Translations under genes and position numbers: made by a program
Notes under the pieces: model-generated
Told to the model about the DNA's origin: nothing
The model's input: only the letters and a program-made list of their open reading frames with translations
The model's database searches: none
Assembly: GCA_944390975.1 (NCBI GenBank)
Contig: CALXRX010000003.1
Coordinates: 25,115 to 89,114, forward strand
Length of the DNA stretch: 64,000 nt
Direction: 5' to 3'
From: an uncultured Clostridia bacterium
GTDB lineage: Bacteria > Bacillota > Clostridia > TANB77 > CAG-508
In this document: positions 8,251-20,186 of the stretch, in pieces
Layout: every line of letters begins with the position of its first letter
Numbering within the stretch: the first letter of the stretch is position 1

Positions 8251-9822
8251 TTAGTTAGCTTTTTCTTCATGATATTCTTTATCTGTATTAACATTCCAAA
8301 TATTGTCTCGCAAAGAAACTCCTTCTTTTATATTTTTTGCTGCTTCAATAGCTGTAACCATTGAGTGGTCCATATTATTATATCTATGTTGTCCATTTCT
8401 TCCAATACAATATAAATTATCTATTGTATTTAAATAATTTATTAATTTATCTATATCTTTATAAGTATCAAAATATGCAGGATATGCTTTTTTAATTTTT
8501 TCTCTATGTGAATCTTCAACTTGTTCTTTAGTTATAATATTCATAGAAACTAATTCATCTATAGCAAAATTAATAAATTCTTCATCTGACATATTCCAAT
8601 ACTTGTCCCCTTCTTGACAAGTATACTCAAGTCCTATCCATACTTTATCTTCTGGATTTTTTACCAAGTATGGAGACCAATTATTAAATATTTGTATTCT
8701 GCACATTTTAACTTCTGGCTCTTGAACATATATCCAACAATCTGGGACTATATTTCCTAAAGTTTTTATATCTGTTTTATTTTCTAAATTCAATTTATCT
8801 ACAAGTAGTCCTACTGTTATAAAATCTCTAAATGGCAGACCTTTAGCTATGTCTTTTATTTCGTTTGGTACATCTATTCCTGTAAATCCTGCAACTAAAT
8901 CATTTAACGGCATAGTAGATACAAATAAATCACCTGTTAATATTTCTTTTGTTCCATTAACATCACACTCTAGAGAAACTATTTTTCCTTCTTTAAAATT
9001 TATTTTTTCTACTTTATATCCTTTTTTTAATATTGCTCCTTCATCTTGAGATTTTTGTGCTAAAGTTTCCCATAGTTGACCAGGTCCATATTTAGGATAC
9101 CAAAATTGTTCTATTAAAGAGGTTTCTACATTACTATTATCTCCTTTTTTTCCAAATGCTTTTTTAAACATGTCCTTTATTATAGCTGTTATAGATATTC
9201 CTTTAACACGTTGAGCACCCCAATCAGCAGAAATTTCACTTGGATGTCTTCCCCATAATTTTTCTGTGTATTTTTCAAAAAACATACTATATAAAACTTT
9301 TCCAAACCTATTTATATAGAAATTTTCAAGAGATGTTTCTTCTTTTTTGAAAAATATAGATTTTAAATAACTGAATCCTGCTTTTATTGTTCTTATAAAT
9401 CCCATATTTTTTAATGTTTCCATTTTCATTGTTATAGGATAATCAAAAAATTTCTTTAAATAATATATTCTAGAAACTCTATGCCTTACTAGCATTACAT
9501 TATCTTCAGTATTTGGATTAGGTCCTCCTTCTACAAGTGGTTTTTCTCTTCCTAATTTTTCATCATCAAATGAATTTATACCTTGTATAGGCATTAGTTC
9601 TTTCCAAAAATTCATAACTCTTTCATCTTTAGAAAAGAAGCGGTGTCCTCCTATATCCATTCTATTATCATTATATTTTACTGTTTTTGATATTCCTCCA
9701 ATATCTTGTGATTCTTCTAATATTGTTACTTTATATTCTTCCTTCTTATCCTTTAACAATTCATATGCCATTGTTAATCCCGCAGGTCCTGCACCTATTA
9801 TTATCACATCTTTTTTTTCCAT
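8251..9822 (-). CDS. NAD(P)/FAD-dependent oxidoreductase (amine-oxidase / UDP-galactopyranose-mutase-like fold)
   Basis: N-terminal [15 protein letters not shown]...LEESQDIGG. Sits next to GtrA and glycan genes. Confidence 0.6.
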   Translation of the reverse strand: MEKKDVIIIGAGPAGLTMAYELLKDKKEEYKVTILEESQDIGGISKTVKYNDNRMDIGGHRFFSKDERVMNFWKELMPIQGINSFDDEKLGREKPLVEGGPNPNTEDNVMLVRHRVSRIYYLKKFFDYPITMKMETLKNMGFIRTIKAGFSYLKSIFFKKEETSLENFYINRFGKVLYSMFFEKYTEKLWGRHPSEISADWGAQRVKGISITAIIKDMFKKAFGKKGDNSNVETSLIEQFWYPKYGPGQLWETLAQKSQDEGAILKKGYKVEKINFKEGKIVSLECDVNGTKEILTGDLFVSTMPLNDLVAGFTGIDVPNEIKDIAKGLPFRDFITVGLLVDKLNLENKTDIKTLGNIVPDCWIYVQEPEVKMCRIQIFNNWSPYLVKNPEDKVWIGLEYTCQEGDKYWNMSDEEFINFAIDELVSMNIITKEQVEDSHREKIKKAYPAYFDTYKDIDKLINYLNTIDNLYCIGRNGQHRYNNMDHSMVTAIEAAKNIKEGVSLRDNIWNVNTDKEYHEEKAN

Positions 9823-9929
9823 TATAACCTCCTTTCAAGATAATTTGCTCTAAAAATTTTTTTCAAATAAACGCTATCAGCAATAATTATAAAGCTTAAT
9901 ATTAGCAATCTTAAAATTAGTTATAATTT

Positions 9930-10376
9930 TTATGGTGATATTGGCTGTAATTTATCTATTAAAACATATATAGCTTTCCTTGCAAAGAAATTCCATATAA
10001 AAACTAATCCTGTAGAAATAATTTTGCTTAACATATAGTATAATCCTAATATAGAAGTAAACAACCACATAAATAAAGTATCAAAACCTAAACCTAATAC
10101 TCCAATTATGGCATATGTTATAAATTCAAGTACCAAGTTTAAATTATTTTCTTTTGAAAATACTAACCATTTGCTTAATATGTAATTAGTTATTAATCCG
10201 AATATAAATCCAATTACATTAGCAATTAAATAATGTATATTTAGCCATTCCTTGAAAATAAATAGTGAGCCTATATTTACAATGGCTGCAAATCCACCTA
10301 CAAATAAATATCTAAAAAATTGCAATTTTATATTTTCAGTTTTTTCTAGAACTATTTTATAAAATAGATTTTTCAA
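9930..10376 (-). CDS. GtrA-family membrane protein
   Basis: 148 aa, 4 TM, FRYLFVGGFAAIVNIG signature. Confidence 0.75.
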   Translation of the reverse strand: MKNLFYKIVLEKTENIKLQFFRYLFVGGFAAIVNIGSLFIFKEWLNIHYLIANVIGFIFGLITNYILSKWLVFSKENNLNLVLEFITYAIIGVLGLGFDTLFMWLFTSILGLYYMLSKIISTGLVFIWNFFARKAIYVLIDKLQPISP

Positions 10377-11652
10377 CTTTCCTATCTCCTTTAAATATGC
10401 CTAATGCATATATAATTAGTAATAACACACTTTCTACTGAACATAAAAATAGTCGTTCTTGTTCAAATGGTGCTTTTACAATTAATGCAAATATATTTGA
10501 AGCAATTAACACTGAAAAAAATGCTACATACCAATTTATTTTTTTGTTTTTAATTAAATTATAAACTAAATATATTACTGATACTATTATCATTACATAA
10601 ATAACTGCAAAATTTATAGGTAACAATATATGACCAATATCTTTATATCCAAAATTAGAATTTTCTATATCTACATATGTTGTACCTATATTCAATGTTG
10701 AAACATAAAATACCTTATTTATTAAATACTTATTATAATTTGGATCATTCTTAATTGCTGAACTTGCAAAATCTTTCTTTTCTTCTTCTGTGTAATTATT
10801 TTTAATTTTTCTCCATATTGTCCAAACGTTTTGAGTATTATTTTCTTCTTCAAAAGCTTTATCTATAGCTTCAACCATTTCTTTATTATCTGCAAATTTA
10901 TATGATTTATTATCTAAAGCTGTTATAAAATTATTTACATATGAAATACCTGATACAGAAAACACATTATGGTTTATTTTCATAAGCCAACAGTAGCCAA
11001 GAATTAGTGCCACACATATTATACATGATATTATGCCTGTCAAATTATTTTTTAATTCATTTTTATTAAATATAAATCTTAATAGCCAAAATAGTATATA
11101 AATTGGTAATAAATATATATATGAAGGTCTCGTCATTATCATTATAAATATAAGACCTACTATTAATCCTGCTAATATATTGTTTGATTTTTTTATATAT
11201 TTTAGTGTAAAAAATATTAGTAATGCCATTTCTAACATAGCTAGTGATTCTGTTAATATGACTGTATTCCATAAAATAATATTAGGACATATTCCAAATA
11301 TTATAGTAAAAATTGATAGAATTAGTGTATTATTTGTTATTTGTTTAATTGAATAATAAAATAATATAATTGTTATAATAAATAAAATTTCTTGAACTAT
11401 TACTACATTTCTTATGTAATTTTCTTGTCCACTTATTAGTTTGATTATTTTAATAAAATAAGGATATACTGGTGTTCTTTCCTCATCAACTTCTCCATTA
11501 AGAATATTTTCATCAAATTCTAAGTATGTGTTACTATCTCCTGCAAGTGTGTATTGATTTACTGTACTGTAAATTATTACTTGGCAAAGTATGCAAAAAA
11601 TTACAATAAATATAATATGCTCTTTAAATAAATTAATTATTTTATTCTTCAC
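10357..11652 (-). CDS. Polytopic membrane protein, possible GT-C-type glycosyltransferase
   Basis: 431 aa with more than 10 predicted TM helices, within the glycan cluster. No motif recognised with confidence. Confidence 0.4.
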   Translation of the reverse strand: MKNKIINLFKEHIIFIVIFCILCQVIIYSTVNQYTLAGDSNTYLEFDENILNGEVDEERTPVYPYFIKIIKLISGQENYIRNVVIVQEILFIITIILFYYSIKQITNNTLILSIFTIIFGICPNIILWNTVILTESLAMLEMALLIFFTLKYIKKSNNILAGLIVGLIFIMIMTRPSYIYLLPIYILFWLLRFIFNKNELKNNLTGIISCIICVALILGYCWLMKINHNVFSVSGISYVNNFITALDNKSYKFADNKEMVEAIDKAFEEENNTQNVWTIWRKIKNNYTEEEKKDFASSAIKNDPNYNKYLINKVFYVSTLNIGTTYVDIENSNFGYKDIGHILLPINFAVIYVMIIVSVIYLVYNLIKNKKINWYVAFFSVLIASNIFALIVKAPFEQERLFLCSVESVLLLIIYALGIFKGDRKVEKSIL

Positions 11653-11683
11653 TCACATATCAAACCCTTCAATTTCTTTTATA

Positions 11684-12457
11684 TTAGAATTCTTCTGCAA
11701 AACCTTTTTGTAATTTATTAAATATTAAGTATCCAACTATACATAAAATAATTGACAATACAAGTATTATTCCTAAAATTTTTAAATCAGGCATGGTTTG
11801 ATTATAAAATATATTTCTATATGCTGTTATTATATGAGCCATAGGATTTAGTGCCATTATTCCTTTAAATTCTGGTGGTATTGAGTCTAGAACATATACA
11901 ATTGGTGTTGCATAAAAAGCTACTTGTAATGCTATAGCAATTAGATGTTCTAAATCTCTTAAATAAACAGTTATGCTTGATACTATAAAACTAATTCCTA
12001 GGGATAAAATATATTGTATTAATAATATGAATGGATAAAATATTATGTATTTGCTAATTCCTACACCATAAAATATAACAAATGCAAGTATTATAACCGT
12101 TGATATTAGAAAATTTATTGTATTACTTGTTACTACAGCAATAGGTAAAATTTCTCTTGGGAAATATACTTTTTTTACAATATTTCCATTTGCTATCATA
12201 GTAAATGCTGCTTGTGATACTGTTGTAGTAAAAAATGTCCATGGTATAAGTCCAGTACACAAAAATACTACATATGGTTGTGGTCCATCTTTTAAAATAA
12301 GCGGGAATATTACAGCATATACTGCTAGCTGTAATAATGGATTTAAAAAAGACCATAATATTCCTAAAAATGAGTTCTTATATCTTCCTCTAATTTCTTT
12401 TTTTATATTAGTTTTTAACAATTCTCTATATTGATATATATTTTTAAATACGTTCAC
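11684..12457 (-). CDS. ABC-2-type polysaccharide/teichoic-acid export permease (TagG/Wzm-like)
   Basis: 257 aa, 6 TM, N-terminal YRELLKTNIKKEIRGRYKNSFLGILWSFLNP signature. Confidence 0.8.
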   Translation of the reverse strand: MNVFKNIYQYRELLKTNIKKEIRGRYKNSFLGILWSFLNPLLQLAVYAVIFPLILKDGPQPYVVFLCTGLIPWTFFTTTVSQAAFTMIANGNIVKKVYFPREILPIAVVTSNTINFLISTVIILAFVIFYGVGISKYIIFYPFILLIQYILSLGISFIVSSITVYLRDLEHLIAIALQVAFYATPIVYVLDSIPPEFKGIMALNPMAHIITAYRNIFYNQTMPDLKILGIILVLSIILCIVGYLIFNKLQKGFAEEF

Positions 12458-12483
12458 CTTTTTCTCCTTTCACTTTAGTTTTA

Positions 12484-13221
12484 TTAAGCTGTTTCCTTCA
12501 AATATGCTTCTACTACTGTTTTTGTATCCCCATCCATTTTAATATGCCCGTCACATAACCAAACAGCTCTTGTACATAATTGTTCTACTGAATGCATGCT
12601 ATGAGTAACAAAAACCATTGTTTTTCCTTCTTCTTTTAAGCTTCTCATTTTATCAAAACATTTATCCTGAAAATGTTGGTCTCCAACTGATAATATTTCA
12701 TCAATAAGTAATATTTCAGCATTTACATTTATTGCAACAGAAAATGCAAGTCTCATATACATTCCTGATGAATATGTTCTTACAGGATTATCAATAAACT
12801 CTCCTAATTCTGAAAATTCTATGATATCGTTTACTCTTGCATCTATTTCCTTTTTTGTTAATCCGAAAATTGAAGCATTAAAGTATATATTTTCCCTTCC
12901 AGAAAAGTCTGGATGAAAGCCTGCACCTAATTCTAAAAGTGAAGTTAATTTACCTTTTGTTGTAATTTTTCCGGTATTAGGATATATTATCTTTGTCATA
13001 AGCTTAAGTAGTGTTGATTTTCCACTACCATTTGTACCAATTAATCCAACTACTTCTCCTTTTTTTATTTCTAAATTTATATTTTCTAAAACTACATGTT
13101 TTTCTTTTCTATTTCTTTTGAAAAATAATAACTTTTCTTTTATAGTATTTGCTTTATCGTAATATATATTAAAACTTTTAGTAACATTTTCTACTGAAAT
13201 AACTGTTTCTTTTTCTTTCAC
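12484..13221 (-). CDS. ABC transporter ATP-binding protein (TagH/Wzt-like)
   Basis: Walker A GTNGSGKST, signature SSGM, Walker B LLIDE. Confidence 0.85.
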   Translation of the reverse strand: MKEKETVISVENVTKSFNIYYDKANTIKEKLLFFKRNRKEKHVVLENINLEIKKGEVVGLIGTNGSGKSTLLKLMTKIIYPNTGKITTKGKLTSLLELGAGFHPDFSGRENIYFNASIFGLTKKEIDARVNDIIEFSELGEFIDNPVRTYSSGMYMRLAFSVAINVNAEILLIDEILSVGDQHFQDKCFDKMRSLKEEGKTMVFVTHSMHSVEQLCTRAVWLCDGHIKMDGDTKTVVEAYLKETA

Positions 13222-13233
13222 TTCTTCACCTTC

Positions 13234-15423
13234 TTATAATTTAAATAATCTGTTAATCCTTAATCCATAAAATAGTTTTTTAGCTAATCTTCCTGGCCTT
13301 GAATCAACTAACCTATTTATTCTTCTCATTCTTTCTTCCATATATGGATCTACATTGTTTTGTGTTGGCTGCCCAGACATAAATGTTGGATTGTTCCAGT
13401 AAAATGGTTGCCCATTTGCAAGTAAAAGCATAAACACTTCAACAGCATATTTTCCATATAATTCTGGATAATTCCTACTTAAAACATCATATAAATAAAT
13501 TCTCATTTTTTTATTAAATTGTCTTGCCATTGAATTTTTTCTAACTCTATATATGTTTAATTCTTCTGGTATAGATACACCTAAACAACCATGATTTGCA
13601 AGAGATACCCAAGCATCATAGTCTTCCATTCCATATTCCATTTCTATCCTATTCTTTCCGAAATTTAAAAAGTCATTTTTTCTAATTACAGGAAAGGCTG
13701 CAAGCATATTTCCACATAATAAATAAGGAATATGTGTATTAAATGTTGCCCATGTATAATCATTTCCTTCAAAATATTTTACCCAGCTATATACATACGA
13801 AACATTATTATATTGATTTAATATATTTACTGCTTTTTCATAAAATGTCTCTTCTATTTTGTCATCTGCATCAATGAATGCAACAAATTCTCCTTTAGCA
13901 GCTTCTGCACCTACATTTCTTGCATTTGCAAGCCCTTTGTTTTTAATGTTTATAATTTTTATTTTTTTATCATTTTTTAATTCTTCTAATGCTTCTATAC
14001 TTTCTTTTTTATTGCTTCCATCATTAACAATAATAATTTCATAATTTTTATAAGTAGATTTTTTTATACTAAGTATAGTTTCTTGTATTGTTTCTCCAAG
14101 ATTATAATATGGAATTACAATTGATATAAGCCCTTTTTCACCTTCATAATTTTTATAATATGAATCCTTTTTTACCTCTTGTACAAATGGGAACTCTGTT
14201 TTACTTGTTTTCTTATTTTTAATAACTTCTTCAAAGAATTCCTCTCTTTTTCTTAAATTTCCTTCCATATTACATAATTCATGAATTCTTTTCTTAGCAT
14301 TGTTTCCCATAGTTTCTAAGTCTGATTTAGACATATTTAATAATTCTTCTAGCTTATTAGAAAAATCATCTTCTATATCCCAATCAAATATAATTCCGTT
14401 TTTCCCAGAAGTTTCAACCATTTCTGCTTGCCCACCACTTTTTGAAACTAGCACAGGTTTTCCTAACCACATTGAATATATGCAGGTATTAGGAAAGTTT
14501 TCATACAAAGATGGAATTGTTACAGCAGTAGCAGAAAGTATGTGAGGTATTAACTCTAAATGTGGTACTGAATTTCTTAATTCTAAATTGTCTTTTTCTA
14601 TATATTCTTTGTATTCTTTTTTTATTGCCTCTCCAATATAAGTTCCTTTGGGATCTAATATTGTATCTCCACCTATTATTTTTATTTTGAAATCTAATCC
14701 TTTATCCCAAAGTTTTTTTGCTCCTTTTAGCATTTGTATAACACCTTTTCTATATTCTGTTCTTCCAAAATATAGTATGGTTTTCTTTTCTTCATTTACT
14801 TGTACGTCTTTATATTTTTCTATTTCTTCTTTATCTATATCAAAAGGTAAATTTATTACTTTAATCGGTTTATCTGGTACAAGATATTGTAATTTATCTG
14901 CTAAAAATTGGCTTGGACATACAAGTGCATCTGCACCTTTTATACAAAACTTTTCCATTTCTCCTATCCAATAATATGGATGTTCGTATCGGTTAAATTG
15001 ATTAATTCTTAGAGTTTCAAAAGCAGGTGTATGCAAATGTACAACAATAGGTATATCTTGCAATTCTTTATTTAATAAATATTTATTTTGTATTAGATAT
15101 TGCCCCAGTGCATTATATTCTTGAGTTTCAATTAAATCAGGTTTTCCATCAATTTTCATTAATTCCATTATTTCTTCATAATATTGATATGCTAATGCAT
15201 TTTCATATCCTAAATATTTATAATATTCTGCTTGTCCTTGCTTAAATCTTAATACTTTATACCCTTCTTTTGTAGTTTCAATTTTTGTATTATTATTACC
15301 TCTAACAATTACTGTAATATCATGCCCAGCTTGTGCGAACATTTTTGCACAATTTTCTACATATGTGCCAATTCCTCCTCCAAATTCAGGTGCAAATTCT
15401 CCTGTTAGAAACCAAATTTTCAT
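13234..15423 (-). CDS. Bifunctional glycosyltransferase (N-terminal GT4, C-terminal GT2)
   Basis: The N-terminus GEFAPEFGGGIGTYV and the E-x7-E region are GT4-like. The C-terminal SIVIPYYN...IIIVNDGS...DADD is GT2-like. Confidence 0.75.
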   Translation of the reverse strand: MKIWFLTGEFAPEFGGGIGTYVENCAKMFAQAGHDITVIVRGNNNTKIETTKEGYKVLRFKQGQAEYYKYLGYENALAYQYYEEIMELMKIDGKPDLIETQEYNALGQYLIQNKYLLNKELQDIPIVVHLHTPAFETLRINQFNRYEHPYYWIGEMEKFCIKGADALVCPSQFLADKLQYLVPDKPIKVINLPFDIDKEEIEKYKDVQVNEEKKTILYFGRTEYRKGVIQMLKGAKKLWDKGLDFKIKIIGGDTILDPKGTYIGEAIKKEYKEYIEKDNLELRNSVPHLELIPHILSATAVTIPSLYENFPNTCIYSMWLGKPVLVSKSGGQAEMVETSGKNGIIFDWDIEDDFSNKLEELLNMSKSDLETMGNNAKKRIHELCNMEGNLRKREEFFEEVIKNKKTSKTEFPFVQEVKKDSYYKNYEGEKGLISIVIPYYNLGETIQETILSIKKSTYKNYEIIIVNDGSNKKESIEALEELKNDKKIKIINIKNKGLANARNVGAEAAKGEFVAFIDADDKIEETFYEKAVNILNQYNNVSYVYSWVKYFEGNDYTWATFNTHIPYLLCGNMLAAFPVIRKNDFLNFGKNRIEMEYGMEDYDAWVSLANHGCLGVSIPEELNIYRVRKNSMARQFNKKMRIYLYDVLSRNYPELYGKYAVEVFMLLLANGQPFYWNNPTFMSGQPTQNNVDPYMEERMRRINRLVDSRPGRLAKKLFYGLRINRLFKL

Positions 15424-15436
15424 TTTCTACATCCTT

Positions 15437-16781
15437 TCATTTTTTATTATTGCTAAATATACTTTTTATTTTTCTAATTATTCTATTATGTATTTTTTTT
15501 GAATTTTTAAATTTTTCTATTTCTTTTTGCATTCCTACATTATCTTGTGTGTATTCAAATTCTTCGATGGTTAATTTTGAAAAATTTTCATTAATTTCTT
15601 TTAATATTTCTTCTTTGTATATAGTATCTTTTGATACATATATTTCATTTATTTGTCTTGTTTCTATAATGTATTTAATGAAACTTAACCAATATTCTTG
15701 ATTAATAAAAGTTGTTAAATCAAATACTTTTGCATATTGTTCTATTTTTTGCCTATCTATATATTTAGAACTTAGAAGTGTTATAATAGTAATATCATAA
15801 TCATTTGATTCTAAACTTGATATCTTGTTATAATATTCTTTGTTAAATTTTAAATTTGGTAATATATATAGTATTCTTTTTCTTTTTAACTTTTTATTAA
15901 AATCTTTATTTTCCCAATTTAACTCTTTTTTGGGTAAGATGCTTTCTTGTATTGGATATATTTTTGCTTTTACTTCTTTTGTTATTTTATCTGCTTCTTT
16001 TTTTATGTCCCTAAGTCTTAATTCATTTTCTTTATTTTTATCATCATTTATATTTGTTAATAAACTTTTTGTACATCTTCTATACCAAAAACCATAAAAG
16101 TTCATTTGTACTGGAAAATATCCTTTTGCAAGCATTCTAAGCCATAAATGCCAATCTTCATTTACATATCTTTTTGCAACACCATATCCATTTAACTCTA
16201 AAATTTTATCTTTTCTAATTAGTGCTGTTGCAGTTAATATGTTTTCTTTTTTCATTCTATTTTTATCAAATTTTACATTCCACAAATATTTATATATACC
16301 AAATCCAACTGAATTTGAATATGCCCATGTAGCATCTTTATTTGTTCTTAATGACCAATATGCTGTTTCTATATATGTATCTATTATCAAATCATCAGAA
16401 TCTAGTGGAAGTATATAGTCAGTTGTAGCTTTAGATATTGCATAGTCTCTTCCTTTTGCTAGTCCTTCATTTTCTTTTTCATATATCTTTATTCTGTCAT
16501 CTATTTTAGAAATTTTTTCTAAAAATTCTTTTTCATTTTCACCGTGTACTTCCATCATTTACTATAATCCATTCCCAAAAAGGAAATGTTTGATTTAGTA
16601 CACAATTAACAGTTTGCATCATATATAAACTAGCATTATAGTATGAGGTTATAATGCTAACTAGAGGTTTACTATCTCCTTTTGCAATTACATCTTTTAG
16701 TTCTTTTCCAGGCTCTTTTTCATAATCAAAAAATACTTCTTCATCTTCCATATTAATTCCTCTTATTTTGATATTTGACAT
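15437..16781 (-). CDS. GT2-family glycosyltransferase. The frame breaks at in-frame CGG 16544..16542 (followed directly by TGA) and continues in the +1 frame.
   Basis: ORF 16539..16781 ends ...WIIVNDGSTR*. The +1 frame gives GENEKEF...LPLDSDD. Together they form one GT2 domain (SIITSYYN / VNDGS / DSDD). Confidence 0.7.
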
Positions 16782-16793
16782 TATATCATATAA

Positions 16794-17846
16794 TTATTTA
16801 TTGTCAAAATTTTTCATGTTATCTTCAAAAAAATTTCTATATTTTTTTGAAATATTTTCCCAAGAATAATTTTTTATTCTTTCTAAATTTTCTTTAGACA
16901 ACTCCCTAAGTATATTTTTGTTATTAATAATTTCTACTATCTTATTTTTTAATTCTTCTTTTGAGCGTTCATTTAATATATATTTTCTTTGCAAATCTCC
17001 TAAAGCCTCATTTACTATTCCTACATTTGTACTTACAATTGGTACTCCACAAGCCATGGCTTCAAGAATTGGATCTGGTGTTCCTTCTGTTTTTGAGGCA
17101 CATACATATAAATTTATAGAATTGTAATATTCTGGCATCTTGCTAATTGGTATTAAGCCTTCATTTCTATCTGCTAAATGCATTTTTATTTTATATCCTT
17201 CTTGTACTAATTCATTTATTGCTGGTTTTATTATGTTTTTTACACCTTTTAGGTCATCGTCATTTTCTAAATCATTAAATTTACTATTTCCAACCCAACC
17301 AATAATGATTTCATCAGGGTTATTGAATCTTTCTAAGTTTTCTGGTTTAAACAAATCTAAGTTTACTCCATCTTGTAAAACACCATAAGGATTTGGTAAA
17401 TCTTTTTGATTTATATATATTTCTTCTAATATTTGTGATGTAACAAAATAGTTCTTACAATATTTAAATATTTCTATTGTTCTCCAATATTCTGTTTTAT
17501 TCAAATATAAATGGTCACAAATGGTCATTGTAATATTTTTATTTATTATATATTCTTGTATAAATTCGTTTTTGCTCATTCCCAAGGTTTGTATATATTT
17601 GTCCATCTCTTCTCTATCTATTAATGATAAATACCCTCTCCAAAAAAAATGAATTAAATCATATTCTTTGCATAGTATGAATAGTTTTATCATATTTCCT
17701 TCAAAAATGTCTCCTGGTATTATAGTAATATCATAATAATCTTCTAACTGTTCTTTTAGATTTTTAGCAATATTGTGTAATGCCCAACCCGTTGTGTCTA
17801 TTATAAAAGCAAGTTTTGGTTTTCTTATATTTTTTTCCATAAGCAA
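16794..17846 (-). CDS. GT4-family glycosyltransferase
   Basis: C-terminal TEGTPDPILEAMACGVPIVSTNVG motif. Confidence 0.75.
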   Translation of the reverse strand: MLMEKNIRKPKLAFIIDTTGWALHNIAKNLKEQLEDYYDITIIPGDIFEGNMIKLFILCKEYDLIHFFWRGYLSLIDREEMDKYIQTLGMSKNEFIQEYIINKNITMTICDHLYLNKTEYWRTIEIFKYCKNYFVTSQILEEIYINQKDLPNPYGVLQDGVNLDLFKPENLERFNNPDEIIIGWVGNSKFNDLENDDDLKGVKNIIKPAINELVQEGYKIKMHLADRNEGLIPISKMPEYYNSINLYVCASKTEGTPDPILEAMACGVPIVSTNVGIVNEALGDLQRKYILNERSKEELKNKIVEIINNKNILRELSKENLERIKNYSWENISKKYRNFFEDNMKNFDNK

Positions 17847-18089
17847 TTATCTCCTTATTATCTTTTTTACTTTGCTTAAAAATTTATAACTTCTAGAATA
17901 TAAAATAGAATCTAGTTCGGCTCTAAGTGCTTTTTTCTCATTAATTAATTTTTCTTTTTGTTCATTATATTCTTTTTCTTTCTCTAAAAGTTTATTTGTA
18001 GCATTTTTTAAATTGCTTTTTACAAGTTCCAATTCTAATTCTAATTCATTTATTAATATCTGCTCTTTATTAATATTATCTTTTTCCAT
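17847..18089 (-). CDS. Small coiled-coil protein, unknown function
   Basis: 80 aa, heptad-rich (LELELELVKSNLKNATNKLLEKEKEY). Abuts the downstream GT gene with no gap. Confidence 0.4.
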   Translation of the reverse strand: MEKDNINKEQILINELELELELVKSNLKNATNKLLEKEKEYNEQKEKLINEKKALRAELDSILYSRSYKFLSKVKKIIRR

Positions 18090-18103
18090 AGCTAGTCTCC
18101 CTT

Positions 18104-18988
18104 TTACTTAAATTTAATTTTAGTTGCTATTATTCCAGGAATATATAAAATTGTAAATAAAATTTTGTTGAATGTCCATTTAACATTTTTTAAAGCTTCC
18201 TTAAATTTTACATTTGTTAAACTTGAAAATAATATATAATGCTTTATTAAATACATTCTTTTATTAAAGTATATCCCTTTACAGTTCATGTCAAACATTT
18301 CTTTAAAATATTTATAATAGCCATATGGATATTTCTTAAAAGTCTCATTTATATTATTAGTATATCCTTCTGTTTGATATTCGCATATCATTATAGGTTC
18401 ATTAAAGCATTTAATTTTATATTTTAAATCCATTTTATGGTGCATTCTAGCTTCTGTAATAAATTTTTCATTATTTTCCAGTTCATAACTATATTGTTTT
18501 CTAATTTTAGCATTGTATACTAAAGCTTTTTCTCCATCCTCACCCTGTTTAAAGTATAAATCAAACATTGTTGTTTCTTTTTCTTTAAATAAATTTCCTA
18601 AATTGCATTGGTTTTGGTCATATTTCAAATAACATAGAGCATATGTTTTTTCGTCTATTAGATGATAAGATTTATTTATTATATTAAAAGCATTTTCTTT
18701 AAAGTAATCATCTGAATCACATTCTATAATTAAATCTCCTGTTGAATATGGTATAAGTTTATTTATTGCTACCATTTTCCCACTATTTTCTTGACTATAA
18801 TACTGAATATCAAATTTATTATCTTGTATAAATTCTTCTACCATTTTTTGTGTATCATCACTAGAGCCATCATCCATAATTAACCATTCTATTTCTACTT
18901 TATTAGTTAGATTTTTTACTATACTATTATATAATCTTTTAAGTAATTTACTTCTATTATAAGTTGCTGTTAAAATAGATATTTTCAT
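18104..18988 (-). CDS. GT2-family glycosyltransferase
   Basis: ISILTATYNR...LIMDDGSSDDT...CDSDD. Confidence 0.8.
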   Translation of the reverse strand: MKISILTATYNRSKLLKRLYNSIVKNLTNKVEIEWLIMDDGSSDDTQKMVEEFIQDNKFDIQYYSQENSGKMVAINKLIPYSTGDLIIECDSDDYFKENAFNIINKSYHLIDEKTYALCYLKYDQNQCNLGNLFKEKETTMFDLYFKQGEDGEKALVYNAKIRKQYSYELENNEKFITEARMHHKMDLKYKIKCFNEPIMICEYQTEGYTNNINETFKKYPYGYYKYFKEMFDMNCKGIYFNKRMYLIKHYILFSSLTNVKFKEALKNVKWTFNKILFTILYIPGIIATKIKFK

Positions 18989-19028
18989 AACATATCACCT
19001 TCTACGTTCTTAGTTCATATATGTTTTA

Positions 19029-20147
19029 CTAGATTATTGCTTTTATTTTTTCTAATATTTTATCGTTATTATATTCTTCTTTTATATTTTCTTGTTTTTC
19101 ATATTTTTCTCTATTTATAATAATATCTTTTAGTCCTTTATAAATTGCTTCTTCGTTGTTTTCTAAAACAATACTTTTTTTATAATTTTGTACAACTTCT
19201 TTTGCTGTTGTATTTGTAATAATAAACTTGTCTAATATTTTTGCTTCTTCTAAAACCATTGGATAACCTTCAAAATATGATAATAAACAGATATAATCTG
19301 CATTTTTCATAAAAACATATGGGTTTTCTTTTTCTCCCAATAAATAGAATGTATCTTCAACATTTTGCTTTTTTATTTGTTGTTTTAATTCATTTTCTAA
19401 AGGTCCTCCTCCAATAACATATATATAATGCTTAACATCGTCTTTTATTAGTCGTTCATGAATATTAATAAGTCTATCAAAAGCTTTTGCATTAACTAGT
19501 CTTCCTACAGATACTATATTTACTCCATCTTTTTTTAAAGAAATTTTACCCTCTTGGTCTGCTTTTTTTAATACTTTTTCTTTATTTATATAATTATGAA
19601 TCACTTCTAATTTTTCACTATCTATTTTAGGATTTACTTCTTTAAATTTCCTTAAACTTTCACTACTAACTAATATAATCTTATTATAATTTTTATAAAC
19701 ATTTTTATTAATTATATTTTTTAATTTTGACTTAAATGAATTTCCAAATATTTTAGAAATATCTGTATGTACCCATGCAATTTTCTTAGTTTTTATATCA
19801 TCTTTTACACTAAACAGTCTAGTAATAGGTCCTTCTAAAAAAGCTATTTCTGTGTCATAATTATTTTTTATATATTTATTATATATTTGTTTTTTGAATA
19901 ATAATAGTCTTAAAGAAACTATTATTTTATTTAGTTTTGAAAATTCATTATATGATTTTTTATATAAACTTTTTACCTCAATATTTTTAGGTAAATCCTT
20001 CTCAAGTTCCCCTTTTCCATATAAAGTAAAAATGGTAATTTTAAATTCTTTTTCAATTTTTTCAATTATATCAATTAAAGTTCTTTCTGCTCCTCCAACA
20101 GTTAAACTTGTTATTCCAAATATTATTTTTTTCAAATATTTTACCAT
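19029..20147 (-). CDS. GT4-family glycosyltransferase
   Basis: TSLTVGGAERTLIDI at the N-terminus and SYFEGYPMVLEEA at the C-terminus. Confidence 0.75.
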   Translation of the reverse strand: MVKYLKKIIFGITSLTVGGAERTLIDIIEKIEKEFKITIFTLYGKGELEKDLPKNIEVKSLYKKSYNEFSKLNKIIVSLRLLLFKKQIYNKYIKNNYDTEIAFLEGPITRLFSVKDDIKTKKIAWVHTDISKIFGNSFKSKLKNIINKNVYKNYNKIILVSSESLRKFKEVNPKIDSEKLEVIHNYINKEKVLKKADQEGKISLKKDGVNIVSVGRLVNAKAFDRLINIHERLIKDDVKHYIYVIGGGPLENELKQQIKKQNVEDTFYLLGEKENPYVFMKNADYICLLSYFEGYPMVLEEAKILDKFIITNTTAKEVVQNYKKSIVLENNEEAIYKGLKDIIINREKYEKQENIKEEYNNDKILEKIKAII

Positions 20148-20186
20148 ATATAATAAATAATAACTTTTATTTATTATACCTTTCTT

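Noticed and set aside
11066-12356. Same-strand alternative-frame ORFs 11066..11272 and 12123..12356
   Set aside because: They are nested inside longer membrane-protein and permease genes that have clear family signatures, and no independent evidence supports them.
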